Source: a virus (taxonomy: Duplodnaviria; Caudoviricetes). From it: DNA of 53,395 nt. Positions 30,201 to 38,916 of this stretch are shown here, piece by piece. How positions within the stretch are numbered: the first letter of the stretch is position 1; every line of letters begins with the position of its first letter. A program made the translations under genes and the position numbers. Under the pieces are notes generated by a model. The model worked only from the letters and a program-made list of their open reading frames with translations. It was not told the origin of the DNA and ran no database searches. The DNA lies in IMG/VR virus record IMGVR_UViG_3300009184_000059, positions 1 to 53,395 of that record. One strand, 5' to 3'.

Positions 30201-30484
30201 GTAAACTCATCAGTTATTGCGGGATATTCATCTTGCATTACCTCGTTGCCAAATTCGTCCTGCAGGATGCCTAGGTTATTGGAATAAAATAACTTTGTCA
30301 GTCTATCGGAGCCCTGGGTATTCTCTGGGACCATATTCGAGGTATCTAGAATCACCATATTATTGTCGGGAGAAAATGCGGGAGACTTTACCCATGCTAG
30401 GTTTACGTCTCCATCGGGAACCTTTTTGCCCCTTCTGATTGCTTTTTCATTTCCCTCTGATGTAATATTATCAAATTTTTTCAT
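24251..30484 (-). CDS. 2077-aa baseplate-associated protein with peptidoglycan-binding domains
   Basis: PG_binding_1-type repeats (GSSGEVVRFIQ..TGVYDNRT; DGDYGPAT..AVRRW; DGYYGPATERAVRDWQ..DGLWGPIT) and C-terminal DTRRRGGG...IRRNIPAGV. Confidence 0.7.
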   Translation of the reverse strand: MKKFDNITSEGNEKAIRRGKKVPDGDVNLAWVKSPAFSPDNNMVILDTSNMVPENTQGSDRLTKLFYSNNLGILQDEFGNEVMQDEYPAITDEFTVEENYEITDENEFLNSHILPFRHVSRYFHLDQEDLATSNQPLTIVRSKIRVEDEDGKEYLDLNGNKKYKIKLIQSDQHVESENRTIGVYRVWAYVDVDSDESLYLRYNKAELSSDGSTIKNQNINYREILNPQPFFKYVPEESDVADSANENEKIFTTKSSTQKEQIIGVPRSGMEGYKVFVPKKGIEDPRLFQTFRWRVKADFEERYTVDPTKSQKVIRAGILTYNYPSRTTTDLSSGSVNYNYLKPPTQYPYVFFNMEKSAYNPSGVKIVNPLSEDRGYTIVEDVDPAVQNPSDGNTIYNNSSFQWNGNVNAPLKSVSGEEAKEYAAYWVLDIDAVSEDNLRRFDILLLDLTGFPSDISSYMPKLMRFTRDFGGALYVKAEHMSSANSFGLGISLPVHPFTGSLNKGSSSNVALDSKYGLGDTITVSNATDTIFNGLNPYGGWDFSQDEFNSVSPFIGHPNALYSSARSYVSIIHTNTDATPTADDKEYWKTLFTVKDSSSATKYATTVIKRFGSGGSIIVDTQGIITECGKLEDSSNIAPRRLQIPNYFNQINAARFEGSYKFGWNFILSTIKSRPLDSSDQSGYVSSWSFETEWLPSWVINGTVLKEKEKLQYSFNYEPKDVSTINQFAWRRKLAYGLSSSKSPIFKTLKELVDEQIVKEMGADFLRGISGNQRQYTLEVTNENVITPTTLSGDMYPYAWTESFSPLFIIPEGFGPHIIKDDPISAEYGAGQYIDRSYPSNKFAVKVKASSRDTVQSSTRQTTTILARYRGKEILPSGQVYSHVRLPRTWTEHGSNQISFNRFNKGWGAPRPNAILSRNELLMSKTTAYPFAGIAGNYTTGSSGEVVRFIQYALGRLSSIVSSFLSKGVNGPTPAGMTPNQGYVEASAWALRYVTGTIPQTGVYDNRTYEAVAQFKQLAGARYQDGIADSEFFAILGSQIQFWGLTTEVNQNTNTSGAFETNPYNHLKYTSSPDKYMDLRSVSDSSFLYNYSEMSDSRRNLDRISDVFLVQYPKTFAFEYISITPYLLGLGSNVKIDFVDIQLTRIDTTRFTGDMLNKAWQYYQVEERPGGGSGWIPDSQRVLWGQNPEIWATNNVKQTTWDYRYWTGITKTPDPGYAIINFFSANNRIAFVKMIQRAVNVNADGDYGPATAAAVRRWKETRAYQWGIPVDSNWGLISDVTSIQRLLHLTEDGYYGPATERAVRDWQSRWDGAMPIDGLWGPITQKFTDELFIWLGGTPTIQRIQKHLPQPYFIKPEDLLFNYDPSRALVKNINKTALNGQALPIQIPQDQRSIGNTLIVGVTSTSRAGSQYNNQVELGISDITGYGRDIVGFTTVSGDNAVIDYEGVVRKTFTLIGDMGPIQLNHNYVETGASGTLTDVVWGVDPISEVSTSISPNFNPLQAGLYRLESSNPNVEAFITSDGKLYLRTDEVVNNAVDKYTEGRWLPGPPDKPLEGKVVTMSSRSASTTTTLDVSANPIYAMNENGRIFPGVETGFISKADGIKLLCTLDGRPVGIPVFPTTVGPNERQRHYVELELESYVTSPFVRIGFYDKRQKEFIVNKDGGSKLSYIEYVKRGAQNIYIGVISEAEVLSKQQYPKVIDGLNELPFKYAMPVYGASLRGKSKIGIESIDSTLGASDPWGIPVRSGSFNRNVKVPNSSVMPIGGWLSEYQGKTLQAFYAIAEANNMGWSPIFGRPYVDVKQETPEVISRDIIRIRQAPIVMVMEPTQFPSLANPQRPMLRVWTRESTSSAWVEVAKSDILDYNVSNGLIYLRNPIQEEDENLVRVDYTTVSRVYTVKNIGLEKINLNPYLKAREDLIGVPVYVYIIPQYVRNEDGDIIQESISSSVINVTPDNSVINPYNPLYNPLAIQIGVIFVTASAKIEDLVMIDTRRRGGGAKDLLKPAEVFNKNSEAKAYWDIGFGAGQSFQYGGLVIVRLPKMLKTAFPDTKQVEEVIRRNIPAGVEFVIEDLEGRPWNE

Positions 30485-33400
30485 TATACATCCCTATAAT
30501 CCGGATGGATTTGTGGTAGGTTTTCGATCTTGAACACATAGAAGTCATCACCTAGCATGCCTCTTTGGTATTGGTCGTAAAGGTTGATCGCGTACCATTT
30601 AGCCGGGCTCCATGTATTAGTAACGGGAGTTGCGTCAGCTGTGGGTGTTTCTTCGTCGAAAGTTACAGGAAATGCATTTACTGTTGCGGGAGGAGGAATA
30701 AGGGGCTCTATTACCAGTCTCCCAGATTCATCGAGGTAAATTTTTGGTTGAATATTAAGATTCTGTGATGTTGGTATAGATTGATTCTCCCCATTAACAG
30801 ACCTAAACTTTGGTGGATATTCCCTCCAGAAAACCACATCACCAACAGCCTCCCAGGTTTCCCCTCCCGAGGGACTTGAAGAATACGACTCGGTAGAGAC
30901 AAACCAGTATCCAGGCATATTAGGTGTAGCGGAAACGAAAGGCCCTATACGGAAAACGCCGCTCGAGTCCGCAGTGACTCTGCCAGAATCTGGCCAAATT
31001 GGAGTAGCTGCAGGGCTTGAATCTGGCCCAACATCCGGTGTTGAGTTATTGTTTGTAAATATTTCGTAAACAGACCTACCCTTTTTGTAGGATACGTAAG
31101 CATACGGTACAGGATTACCATCTTCGTTTAGCACTTTCCCATAAACAGATGTAGCACTTAGGCCGTCTGCGGGTATAGCTGTTGGATCGGCTAGTGCATG
31201 CAATTTATAGGGTTCAAATTTGCGTGCTTCTATTTCAAGGTTTAACTCTGAAGTAAAATCACCCGCTACAGTGACAGTAGCAACCTCTACATCTGAGCCT
31301 TCCTCAGAGGTAAGAGTCAACCAAGCAAAACCATCCCTATCTGTGGTTATTGGGGCCGTATTTGTTCCGGTTGAATCAAAAGTGCCGAAAGTAGTAGAAA
31401 CATTATAGGACTGATTAGGCTTTGGGTTGCCGAAACTATCAACAGAATAAATAGAAACTATAGCATAGTCGGTCCCATTTGCAACCAGAATTCCAGGACT
31501 GACCCGCGTTATAGGGGTTGATGCTTCGTATTCGTTCAAGCTTATAAAAACAAAACCTTCTTCAACTGTAGTGTAGAAGGGATTTAAGGGAACGTCTATT
31601 GGTGTCGCTGGATCAAAAACGGAACTTTCATACACTACGCTAAAGGGAGTGGCGCCACTAGGTGTGCTATCAAAAGTTATCTTAGCCCTTTGGGCACCGT
31701 TTGCGGTAAAGTATTCATTGTCTACTATAAATGAATCCCTAAGTTTGTAGGAAACTTCGTAAACATGATTAGTCAATGTTTCTTGGTTTACATCTATTTC
31801 ATTACTACTTGAGTAACCGTTACTGACGATTAGTTGACCAGATGTGTAATCAGAAACTGTTGCATCGTATATGTTTTCGTAAGCTAGATATAGTTTTTCT
31901 GTACCAGTGCCATAAACATATTGAGTATTTTTAAGTGACAGATTAATATTTTCGTCAAAAAATGAAACTTGACGCATTTCCACCGGGGTGGAGCTAAGGG
32001 CCTTCACCAATATAGGGGCGCCCTGCCTAGGCACTTTCTCTGTGTAGAAATCGCTAAATGTAGCCCCTTCAGAACCCGGGGATGCGACTTCTTCTATGGG
32101 GTCTACGTAGAAGTAGTACTCGTCATTCCTATCGTAAAACCAGCCACTATGCATCTGGGGATTCCACTGAGGATTAATTTCGGATTTCATTTTTACTCTA
32201 ACAACAAAAGGAGAGTAGTAGAACAAACCAGATCCATTGTCAATCTCAGTGATCGAATCTAATGGATAAGACGTCCCGGAAGCCCATGCAGTATTAAATG
32301 AGGGTTCAACTGTATTCTGATCTAACCACGATATAACTCTATCATTATTGGTTGATACACCAATCCATGTAACTATACTGTCTTCTGAGTTGGCGATCCC
32401 AAAATCGTTTCTATCTACCTCAAGCGTTGTAAAGCCGTAGTTATTCAGACCACTAGAGGGCTTATTGCCGTTTCTCCATGGGCCGTTTTCGTCTACTACG
32501 CCAGATGCTATGTTAGCGATAGTGCTTTCGAAAGGTATGTACTTTATTTTATGAAGAGGATATTCTGAAAGAAAGACGGTTGCGGGAGAAGCCCCCGACT
32601 TGTTGAGCGTCCACGTTTCACCAGTAACAGCCACACAAGTCGTCGATGCGGCTGTCTGAAACTTGGTGGCGTCGAAGTCTGCGACGGTGGTGCCTGCGAT
32701 GCCGTTCTTGACGATGGCACGGTAGACGGTGCCGACGAACGGAGCAGTGACGCCCGCTCCTGACGTGCCCAGTTCGACGGGGGTGGCGGAGTCGAACACG
32801 GCGACTATGCCTGCGTTCGTGACGGGGCTGAGAGCGGACCAGTTGATTCCATCTGATGATGTGTAGAAGGTCACGACGTGCTGCGTGGACCCGTTGTCTA
32901 CGTCAAGAGTGACGCGCACCCACACGTCGGTCCCTGCCTGAATGGCCGAACCAAACCCCCTCGTCGAGGATGATGCGACCTGACTGCCGTCAGTACTCAG
33001 GTCAAACCAAAGGTTTGTGGAGGTCATGTAGAAGTTCCACGACCTCGCCGCACCACCGCCCCACTTACTCGCAATTATACGGGTGCCGAGAGGAGATGCA
33101 TTTAACTTCACTCGCACGTCAATATCGCCTGTGATCGACAATGCCGCGGAGTCAGGTGTCGACACATAGTTGCCACTAGTCCCGGGCAAAGCCACATAAT
33201 TCCCTGGTATGTTGTCTACTGTTATTTCTATGGATGTCTCTGTTGCCGGAAGTATTACAGCATACCTTTCTCCGCCGCCAGTATCGATATTTACCCAAGA
33301 GTTACTACCGTTGACATATATATTTTCTTTTGGTATAAATATATTAGAAGTTATTTCAGGAACCGCGCCAGACCCATACGAAGCTGCATCATAAGGGACC

Positions 33401-36400
33401 ATGGCACCATAGTCTCCGTCATCATTCACCGTCAATAGCTCTACAACTATTTCCTTAGATTCCTCTGACGTAATATACTGGTCCCATACAATCTCAGGGA
33501 TATCAGCTGACCAGCTAGAAGTGCTTGATACTGCAACACCACTATTAACTGAAACCAGAAAAGTCTGACTATCTGAAACCCATTTGTAGTCTGTCAAGGT
33601 CGTGCTACCATTAACGCCAACCACGAACTCTTGGAAAGCTCTTAGGTCGGTATCTAAATAAGTTCCAGGCGTGGCGCTATCTGCATCAATGTAATCTGAT
33701 GGGGTGGAGTGATTTAACTTGTCGCTTACGTATAAGCTTAAGTCTCCGGAGGGATAGGAGTCTACACCGTGAAAGCCGCTCGGCCATATTTCCCAGCCAT
33801 CATAAGGCGTCCAGTCTCCTGATACTGATGACATTTCCAAGATTATATACTCGTCATAGCCATCTGCTACGGCCAATGCTTTAGCTGCTACTACAATAGG
33901 ATCATCCCAAATAGGGGTTATTGTCCATCCGCTAAAGCTTCCAGTGAAACTTTTTGCCGTAACAGTTACCGTCGTGAATACTGTACTTCCTTTAGCGGTT
34001 ATGACACCCTCAAAATAGGAAGTAAGGCCTGCGGTTCGCGCGACTCTTATCTTGTCACCTATTGAATAAAGATTATTATTAGGTGATAAGCTAATAGTAT
34101 AGCTGCCACCTATAGTTATGGCGGTGGCGTTGATTGAATTGGGGCTAGTTATCCCAACAAAGGTTGAATCGTCAGGATCAGTGTCAGTGTAGTATACGTT
34201 GCCCTTGATCTCTGAATTTGAGCGATGAAAAATTAATTCATTATCGTCAAGTATGGTTGGAGTCGCAGAGTTAATTGATCCAGACTCAAAACCAAATACA
34301 GCATAATATTTATCAGACACCGGTGAAGCGTGGTCATATAAGAAGTACTGGTATTCGGTACTCTGTATCGCGCTGCTAGGGCTAAAGTCATAAAGACCAA
34401 AACCCGCCTCTAACGTATCAAGAGAAAAAACAGGTGTAGCATCGCCTGTCAACAGATTTAGGTAGTTAGGTATAGTCCATCTTGATGATGTAAGGTCGCC
34501 GTTGTAAACTATATCACTTATCTTAATGTAATCAAATAGATTTATATCATCAACATAAAGATCTGAAGACTGCGATATTTCTTCAATAGTCCCAAATATG
34601 TATGACTCTCCAGAATACAAGGTTACAGATTTGCCTTCTTGTATGTCAGGGTTAATTGAGCCATAAATAGAGTCTCTTGGCATTTGAAAAACATAGGAGC
34701 CTGTAATGTCGGCCAACTTAGCCTTCATACTTGTTATGGCTGTGCCTGTGTATTTCTGCTCTTCTATATCGTACCAGTTTAGATAAGGTTGCAGTCTATT
34801 AGTGTCAACAACCGGAATGCTGGTAGTGAAATCAAAATAACTGGGATTTGTGTTTGGCGTTGCGCCACTTCTATCAACGTAGATGCTGGAACGATACACC
34901 TTCCCATCTTCCATGGTTGCTTTAAAGTTCAGCCAGAAATCCTCTTCGGGTACGACGTATACCGTTTTCTCTGCCCTGCCGAAAACATCTACCGACATTT
35001 GAATAGGAAGGTAATCATCTACAAGTGTCTTGGTGAAACCCCTAGCAGTGACCGAGAGATCAAACTCTCTAGGGCCAGTGATGGCATCTGGTCTATAGAG
35101 GAACAAATCCATATCATCACCGACACCAGACTGCGTGTCTGAGTCTGCTAGTGGTTCTGGGTCATATCGGTAAGGGAGTACCCCGTAACCTTTGGATCCT
35201 TCACCGTCTATATCCCAATAAGCTTGGTCCCATTTGAAGTAACCCCACGTGGTCGGGTAAGTAACGGCCATGTAGTCTATTAGGCTTATTAACTTGTCTG
35301 TTGGTAGGCCATCGGGAGTTACGTGTAAAGGGTCCGACAAGATGTCTGACATTTCCAAGACTTCCGGTGTGGCACCTAGGAAAGCTGAGTCTGGCGTAGC
35401 TCCCTCGTATAACCAGAGGTTCAATTCTCTGCGTAGGGCTAATTTAAATGCCTCTAACCCTACTCCTGGCTTGTTCTTGTAAACATCAAGTATTCTTTTC
35501 TTGAACGAATCGTTAGTCTCGCCAGTATGCCTCTCAAGGTCTACGCTCAGCCCGTGCTCATCAAACCAATTCCATACCTGACTTAAGCTCTGATTAAATC
35601 GCGTATCATCTATAGTCAGTATTTGGTAGTATTTCCTAACATATATCGTGTTAGTCGATTGATCTAAATAGAATAGGTCATCATCTTCTTTAGATTTTGA
35701 GAACTCTATAGTATCAAAAGCTCTTGACAGAATAGTCCCGTCACCAATAACTTGGACTATTTTATCTGGTATGCCACTGGTAATGTAGACCCAGTCTAAT
35801 TGGCCTACATCCGAAGTCTCTATAAACGACTGAAGCTGCAAGTACCCTACGTCATTGATTAGGTCGTCCAACCATTCGCCGGCTACGGCGTTTATGAACG
35901 AGCCTGCTAATGTTGTTGGGGTTGCTAGGCTTGGTGTGGCAGACGGTTCTGAGTCTCTACGTATTTCCATCCATTCAGGAAATTTGCGGAGGATGCTAGT
36001 GGTCCTGTCATACAATGGGGTTATAACAGGCTTATCTATAAGGACTTTTACATACAAATCAAAACTTATTGAGCTTAAATCTTTTTCAGACGTAAGGTCA
36101 AGAACTATTCTGCCGTAACGAGGAGTGTTTGGAAGATATATGCCACGATTAAGAGGCACTGAATCTATGCTGGGCCATTCGTCTGGAAAGTTTAGTGTAC
36201 TTAAATCGGTATAATAGAAAGATATAAGCGCAGTTACATCATTGGCCGAAAAATTATTATAAGATATATCCCATGTAGTTACATTAATCCTACCGGTAGT
36301 ATCAACGAAGCGCCCGTCTTTTACATAACCCGAATCAGTAACGATGTTAGGGCTAGCCGAATCATCCAATATGTTGAGGCCCGTCCAAATATCATTACCC

Positions 36401-36567
36401 AAAAGGTTGGTGCCATAAGCACTTCTCGTAGTTGAGTAATTGACATAGGATGGTGTAGCCATACTCGCTATAGCTTCATTGTCGTATAGGTCGACAATGC
36501 CACTAACCCATTGCCCGTTAGTGTAAGTAAAGTCTACATCTTTTAACCGCAAATAATAATTTTTCAT
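30484..36567 (-). CDS. 2027-aa baseplate wedge/receptor-binding protein with LamG-like and Ig-like (Big_1) domains
   Basis: Wedge-type motif FDEHGLSVDLER..GETNDSFKKRI; LamG-like insert; invasin-like ANGTD..VDSFGNP and PADGLS..VLNEDGNPVP repeats. Confidence 0.7.
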   Translation of the reverse strand: MKNYYLRLKDVDFTYTNGQWVSGIVDLYDNEAIASMATPSYVNYSTTRSAYGTNLLGNDIWTGLNILDDSASPNIVTDSGYVKDGRFVDTTGRINVTTWDISYNNFSANDVTALISFYYTDLSTLNFPDEWPSIDSVPLNRGIYLPNTPRYGRIVLDLTSEKDLSSISFDLYVKVLIDKPVITPLYDRTTSILRKFPEWMEIRRDSEPSATPSLATPTTLAGSFINAVAGEWLDDLINDVGYLQLQSFIETSDVGQLDWVYITSGIPDKIVQVIGDGTILSRAFDTIEFSKSKEDDDLFYLDQSTNTIYVRKYYQILTIDDTRFNQSLSQVWNWFDEHGLSVDLERHTGETNDSFKKRILDVYKNKPGVGLEAFKLALRRELNLWLYEGATPDSAFLGATPEVLEMSDILSDPLHVTPDGLPTDKLISLIDYMAVTYPTTWGYFKWDQAYWDIDGEGSKGYGVLPYRYDPEPLADSDTQSGVGDDMDLFLYRPDAITGPREFDLSVTARGFTKTLVDDYLPIQMSVDVFGRAEKTVYVVPEEDFWLNFKATMEDGKVYRSSIYVDRSGATPNTNPSYFDFTTSIPVVDTNRLQPYLNWYDIEEQKYTGTAITSMKAKLADITGSYVFQMPRDSIYGSINPDIQEGKSVTLYSGESYIFGTIEEISQSSDLYVDDINLFDYIKISDIVYNGDLTSSRWTIPNYLNLLTGDATPVFSLDTLEAGFGLYDFSPSSAIQSTEYQYFLYDHASPVSDKYYAVFGFESGSINSATPTILDDNELIFHRSNSEIKGNVYYTDTDPDDSTFVGITSPNSINATAITIGGSYTISLSPNNNLYSIGDKIRVARTAGLTSYFEGVITAKGSTVFTTVTVTAKSFTGSFSGWTITPIWDDPIVVAAKALAVADGYDEYIILEMSSVSGDWTPYDGWEIWPSGFHGVDSYPSGDLSLYVSDKLNHSTPSDYIDADSATPGTYLDTDLRAFQEFVVGVNGSTTLTDYKWVSDSQTFLVSVNSGVAVSSTSSWSADIPEIVWDQYITSEESKEIVVELLTVNDDGDYGAMVPYDAASYGSGAVPEITSNIFIPKENIYVNGSNSWVNIDTGGGERYAVILPATETSIEITVDNIPGNYVALPGTSGNYVSTPDSAALSITGDIDVRVKLNASPLGTRIIASKWGGGAARSWNFYMTSTNLWFDLSTDGSQVASSSTRGFGSAIQAGTDVWVRVTLDVDNGSTQHVVTFYTSSDGINWSALSPVTNAGIVAVFDSATPVELGTSGAGVTAPFVGTVYRAIVKNGIAGTTVADFDATKFQTAASTTCVAVTGETWTLNKSGASPATVFLSEYPLHKIKYIPFESTIANIASGVVDENGPWRNGNKPSSGLNNYGFTTLEVDRNDFGIANSEDSIVTWIGVSTNNDRVISWLDQNTVEPSFNTAWASGTSYPLDSITEIDNGSGLFYYSPFVVRVKMKSEINPQWNPQMHSGWFYDRNDEYYFYVDPIEEVASPGSEGATFSDFYTEKVPRQGAPILVKALSSTPVEMRQVSFFDENINLSLKNTQYVYGTGTEKLYLAYENIYDATVSDYTSGQLIVSNGYSSSNEIDVNQETLTNHVYEVSYKLRDSFIVDNEYFTANGAQRAKITFDSTPSGATPFSVVYESSVFDPATPIDVPLNPFYTTVEEGFVFISLNEYEASTPITRVSPGILVANGTDYAIVSIYSVDSFGNPKPNQSYNVSTTFGTFDSTGTNTAPITTDRDGFAWLTLTSEEGSDVEVATVTVAGDFTSELNLEIEARKFEPYKLHALADPTAIPADGLSATSVYGKVLNEDGNPVPYAYVSYKKGRSVYEIFTNNNSTPDVGPDSSPAATPIWPDSGRVTADSSGVFRIGPFVSATPNMPGYWFVSTESYSSSPSGGETWEAVGDVVFWREYPPKFRSVNGENQSIPTSQNLNIQPKIYLDESGRLVIEPLIPPPATVNAFPVTFDEETPTADATPVTNTWSPAKWYAINLYDQYQRGMLGDDFYVFKIENLPQIHPDYRDV

Positions 36568-36577
36568 TAGACCTTAC

Positions 36578-37759
36578 TCAATCAAGCCAGACAGTATACT
36601 CTCCGGTGATGCCGTTGATGGGATGAACAAATTGCAAAGGTTGAGATGGTCTGCCCATCGCCGCTAGGACCTCTTGAGCATACGTGTTGTAACTTTCGGG
36701 GGATCCCGAAATCCTTAAGATGGTATTGCCCAGTGTCATCTTTGCATTCTGATGGTAGTGGCCCATGTAAACATCCTGGAAAGTCTCAGGTATGGCCCCA
36801 TCCTTCCAGCCCATTACCTTCTTGTAGTAAGCGTGTGTCGCTGTTGGAGCCGGGAACTGGTCTCCGTGAATCAGTAAGGTCGAGTAATCACCAATGGAGT
36901 CGATAGCGTAAAAGTTTCTCTCGCCATGCCCATCGGGGATATTAAAGGTTACTCTTGGTTCATCTTTGAATATATAGCTAACGATCTTGTAAAGTAATCT
37001 ATCCATGTTTGTTTCACCGTTATAATCTCTGCGGCCACGTCCACCAACAGACCCATGATTACCGATGACTCCTACAACATGTACATTTTCAAATCCAGTA
37101 AGAAGTTTTAATATTAAATCAGAAAGAATTTCAGGACCGTTTACGCCAACCTGCCGATAGATTCCCGAATCAAGAAGGTGGCTTTGTCCAGCAAAGATCT
37201 CTTCACCCTCAACTATATCACCCATTAACCATAGGTGTATATCGTTTACCGGGTGGTCTGCTCTTTGCATCTCGGTTATAGAAAGTATTTTGTCTGCAAA
37301 AATGTCAATCCTGTCACGACAAACAGCAGAGTTATACGATGGTGTTACTTTGCCTAGCTGCCAGTCTGCACAGATCGCTACCGCTACTTCTTCGTCTCCC
37401 GACCCAGACTTTTTGTGTATGGGCTTTGGTATTGGTGGCAGCTCAAAGTCAGAGAAGGCGTCGAATGCAGCTTGGTAAGTTAAGTCTACAATTTCGGTCT
37501 TAATAGACTTTCTTTTATCCGCTAACCTAGAAAGCCTCAGAACTTCTTTTTGAAGGAAATCTACTCTTTCCTCTTCGTCTCCTAATGTCAAGTATGCAGG
37601 AGCTACACTGTTGACCACTGCTTGTGCAACGTCTTCGGTGAATGCTTTCCTTCTTGCGGTATTTTCTGCCGCCCTTTTACACACTGGACCACAATATTTT
37701 TGGTTATGGACTATTGGATCAAACTCCTCCAAACAATCCGGGCCTGCACAAACTTTCAC
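36578..37759 (-). CDS. calcineurin-like metallophosphoesterase with an N-terminal Zn finger
   Basis: CAGPDC...YCGPVC; ADWQLG, GDIVEG, GNHG, IHGD and GHYH motifs. Confidence 0.85.
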   Translation of the reverse strand: MKVCAGPDCLEEFDPIVHNQKYCGPVCKRAAENTARRKAFTEDVAQAVVNSVAPAYLTLGDEEERVDFLQKEVLRLSRLADKRKSIKTEIVDLTYQAAFDAFSDFELPPIPKPIHKKSGSGDEEVAVAICADWQLGKVTPSYNSAVCRDRIDIFADKILSITEMQRADHPVNDIHLWLMGDIVEGEEIFAGQSHLLDSGIYRQVGVNGPEILSDLILKLLTGFENVHVVGVIGNHGSVGGRGRRDYNGETNMDRLLYKIVSYIFKDEPRVTFNIPDGHGERNFYAIDSIGDYSTLLIHGDQFPAPTATHAYYKKVMGWKDGAIPETFQDVYMGHYHQNAKMTLGNTILRISGSPESYNTYAQEVLAAMGRPSQPLQFVHPINGITGEYTVWLD

Positions 37760-37773
37760 TTATCTAACCGTCC

Positions 37774-38916
37774 TTAGGCTACTGAAACTTGAATATTACC
37801 TGGTATCATTTGTTCATAATCTTTTGGCGTATAATTCCTCTTGATAGAGTCTACACCATTAGGAGAGAAACGCAAAACTTGAATATCCTTAATTATACCA
37901 GAAGAATCCATCATAGACTGTATCAACTTATTGTAAACTATAGTATCACCAGGCATAAGCGTGTTTAGGTATCGGGTAACCGCCAATCTTGCTCTTTCAG
38001 CCAAGTTGGCATACTCAGGGGAAGACACCGTATTACTTAATATGGATACAGCCATGTCCAATGGCCTAAGAATAGGGGTTCTCATGAACATAGTCACCCC
38101 AAGTGGCCTAACCTTATCTACGGCGATACGAACCTGAGCTAATATTGAATTAACCAAGCTCGCCTGCTCCGACACCACTAGAAGTTCATAGGAACCGAGA
38201 CCGTAAGGTGCCTGCCTAACCCTAATATCCCTGACTCCACTTATGTTGAGGCCAGCGAACCTAACTGCCTCTATGGTTCCGGACGAAGCTACCCTGATAC
38301 CTTTTATTATCCTAGTCCTATATTCCGTGTCTCTTTCATAACCCTCTGTTGCCGTAATCTCTTTCGGGTTAGTGCACTTAAGGGTTACGTTGGTTGGAGC
38401 AAAAAAGTTGTGAGAAGTTAAAGTATCCATTGGCGCAGTAAATACACCATCAGAAAATTCTGGGGTTATAGAAACATAAGCTCTCAAAGATCCTGGAGAA
38501 ATAACTACCGAGTTATTTGTCGTGAACGTAAGCTGTCTACCAACGAACCCGGTGCTATTGGTGAAGACTCTAGTGCCTGCGTTTATCGTAATAGGGTTCT
38601 CGTAGGTTGAGTCTATATAAAAGTAAAAGCTACCAACCTTCTGTTCCGCCCTAGCTACCGAACCAATAGTCTTGCGATTAATATTGTATAGTGAACCCAA
38701 CTTATCTAGGGCCGACCCAGTAGCGGTAGATATAAGTGATTGAGTTAGATTAAAGTCCAGTACGTCGTAATAGGCGCCCAGCTCCGTAGTGATGGCCTCA
38801 GTGATAGCCCTAGCAACTGAACCAGGGTTGGTTGCATTAATCTGGGTATCTCTCTCAATTTTTGCTAAAGCCTCACGGAGTATTTGGTCCGTGTTTTTTT
38901 TAAAGTATACCGCCAT
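37774..38916 (-). CDS. baseplate J-like wedge protein
   Basis: PGSVARAI, TATGSALDKLG and ERDTEYRTRI..SGTIEAV...GVRDI motifs. Confidence 0.85.
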   Translation of the reverse strand: MAVYFKKNTDQILREALAKIERDTQINATNPGSVARAITEAITTELGAYYDVLDFNLTQSLISTATGSALDKLGSLYNINRKTIGSVARAEQKVGSFYFYIDSTYENPITINAGTRVFTNSTGFVGRQLTFTTNNSVVISPGSLRAYVSITPEFSDGVFTAPMDTLTSHNFFAPTNVTLKCTNPKEITATEGYERDTEYRTRIIKGIRVASSGTIEAVRFAGLNISGVRDIRVRQAPYGLGSYELLVVSEQASLVNSILAQVRIAVDKVRPLGVTMFMRTPILRPLDMAVSILSNTVSSPEYANLAERARLAVTRYLNTLMPGDTIVYNKLIQSMMDSSGIIKDIQVLRFSPNGVDSIKRNYTPKDYEQMIPGNIQVSVA

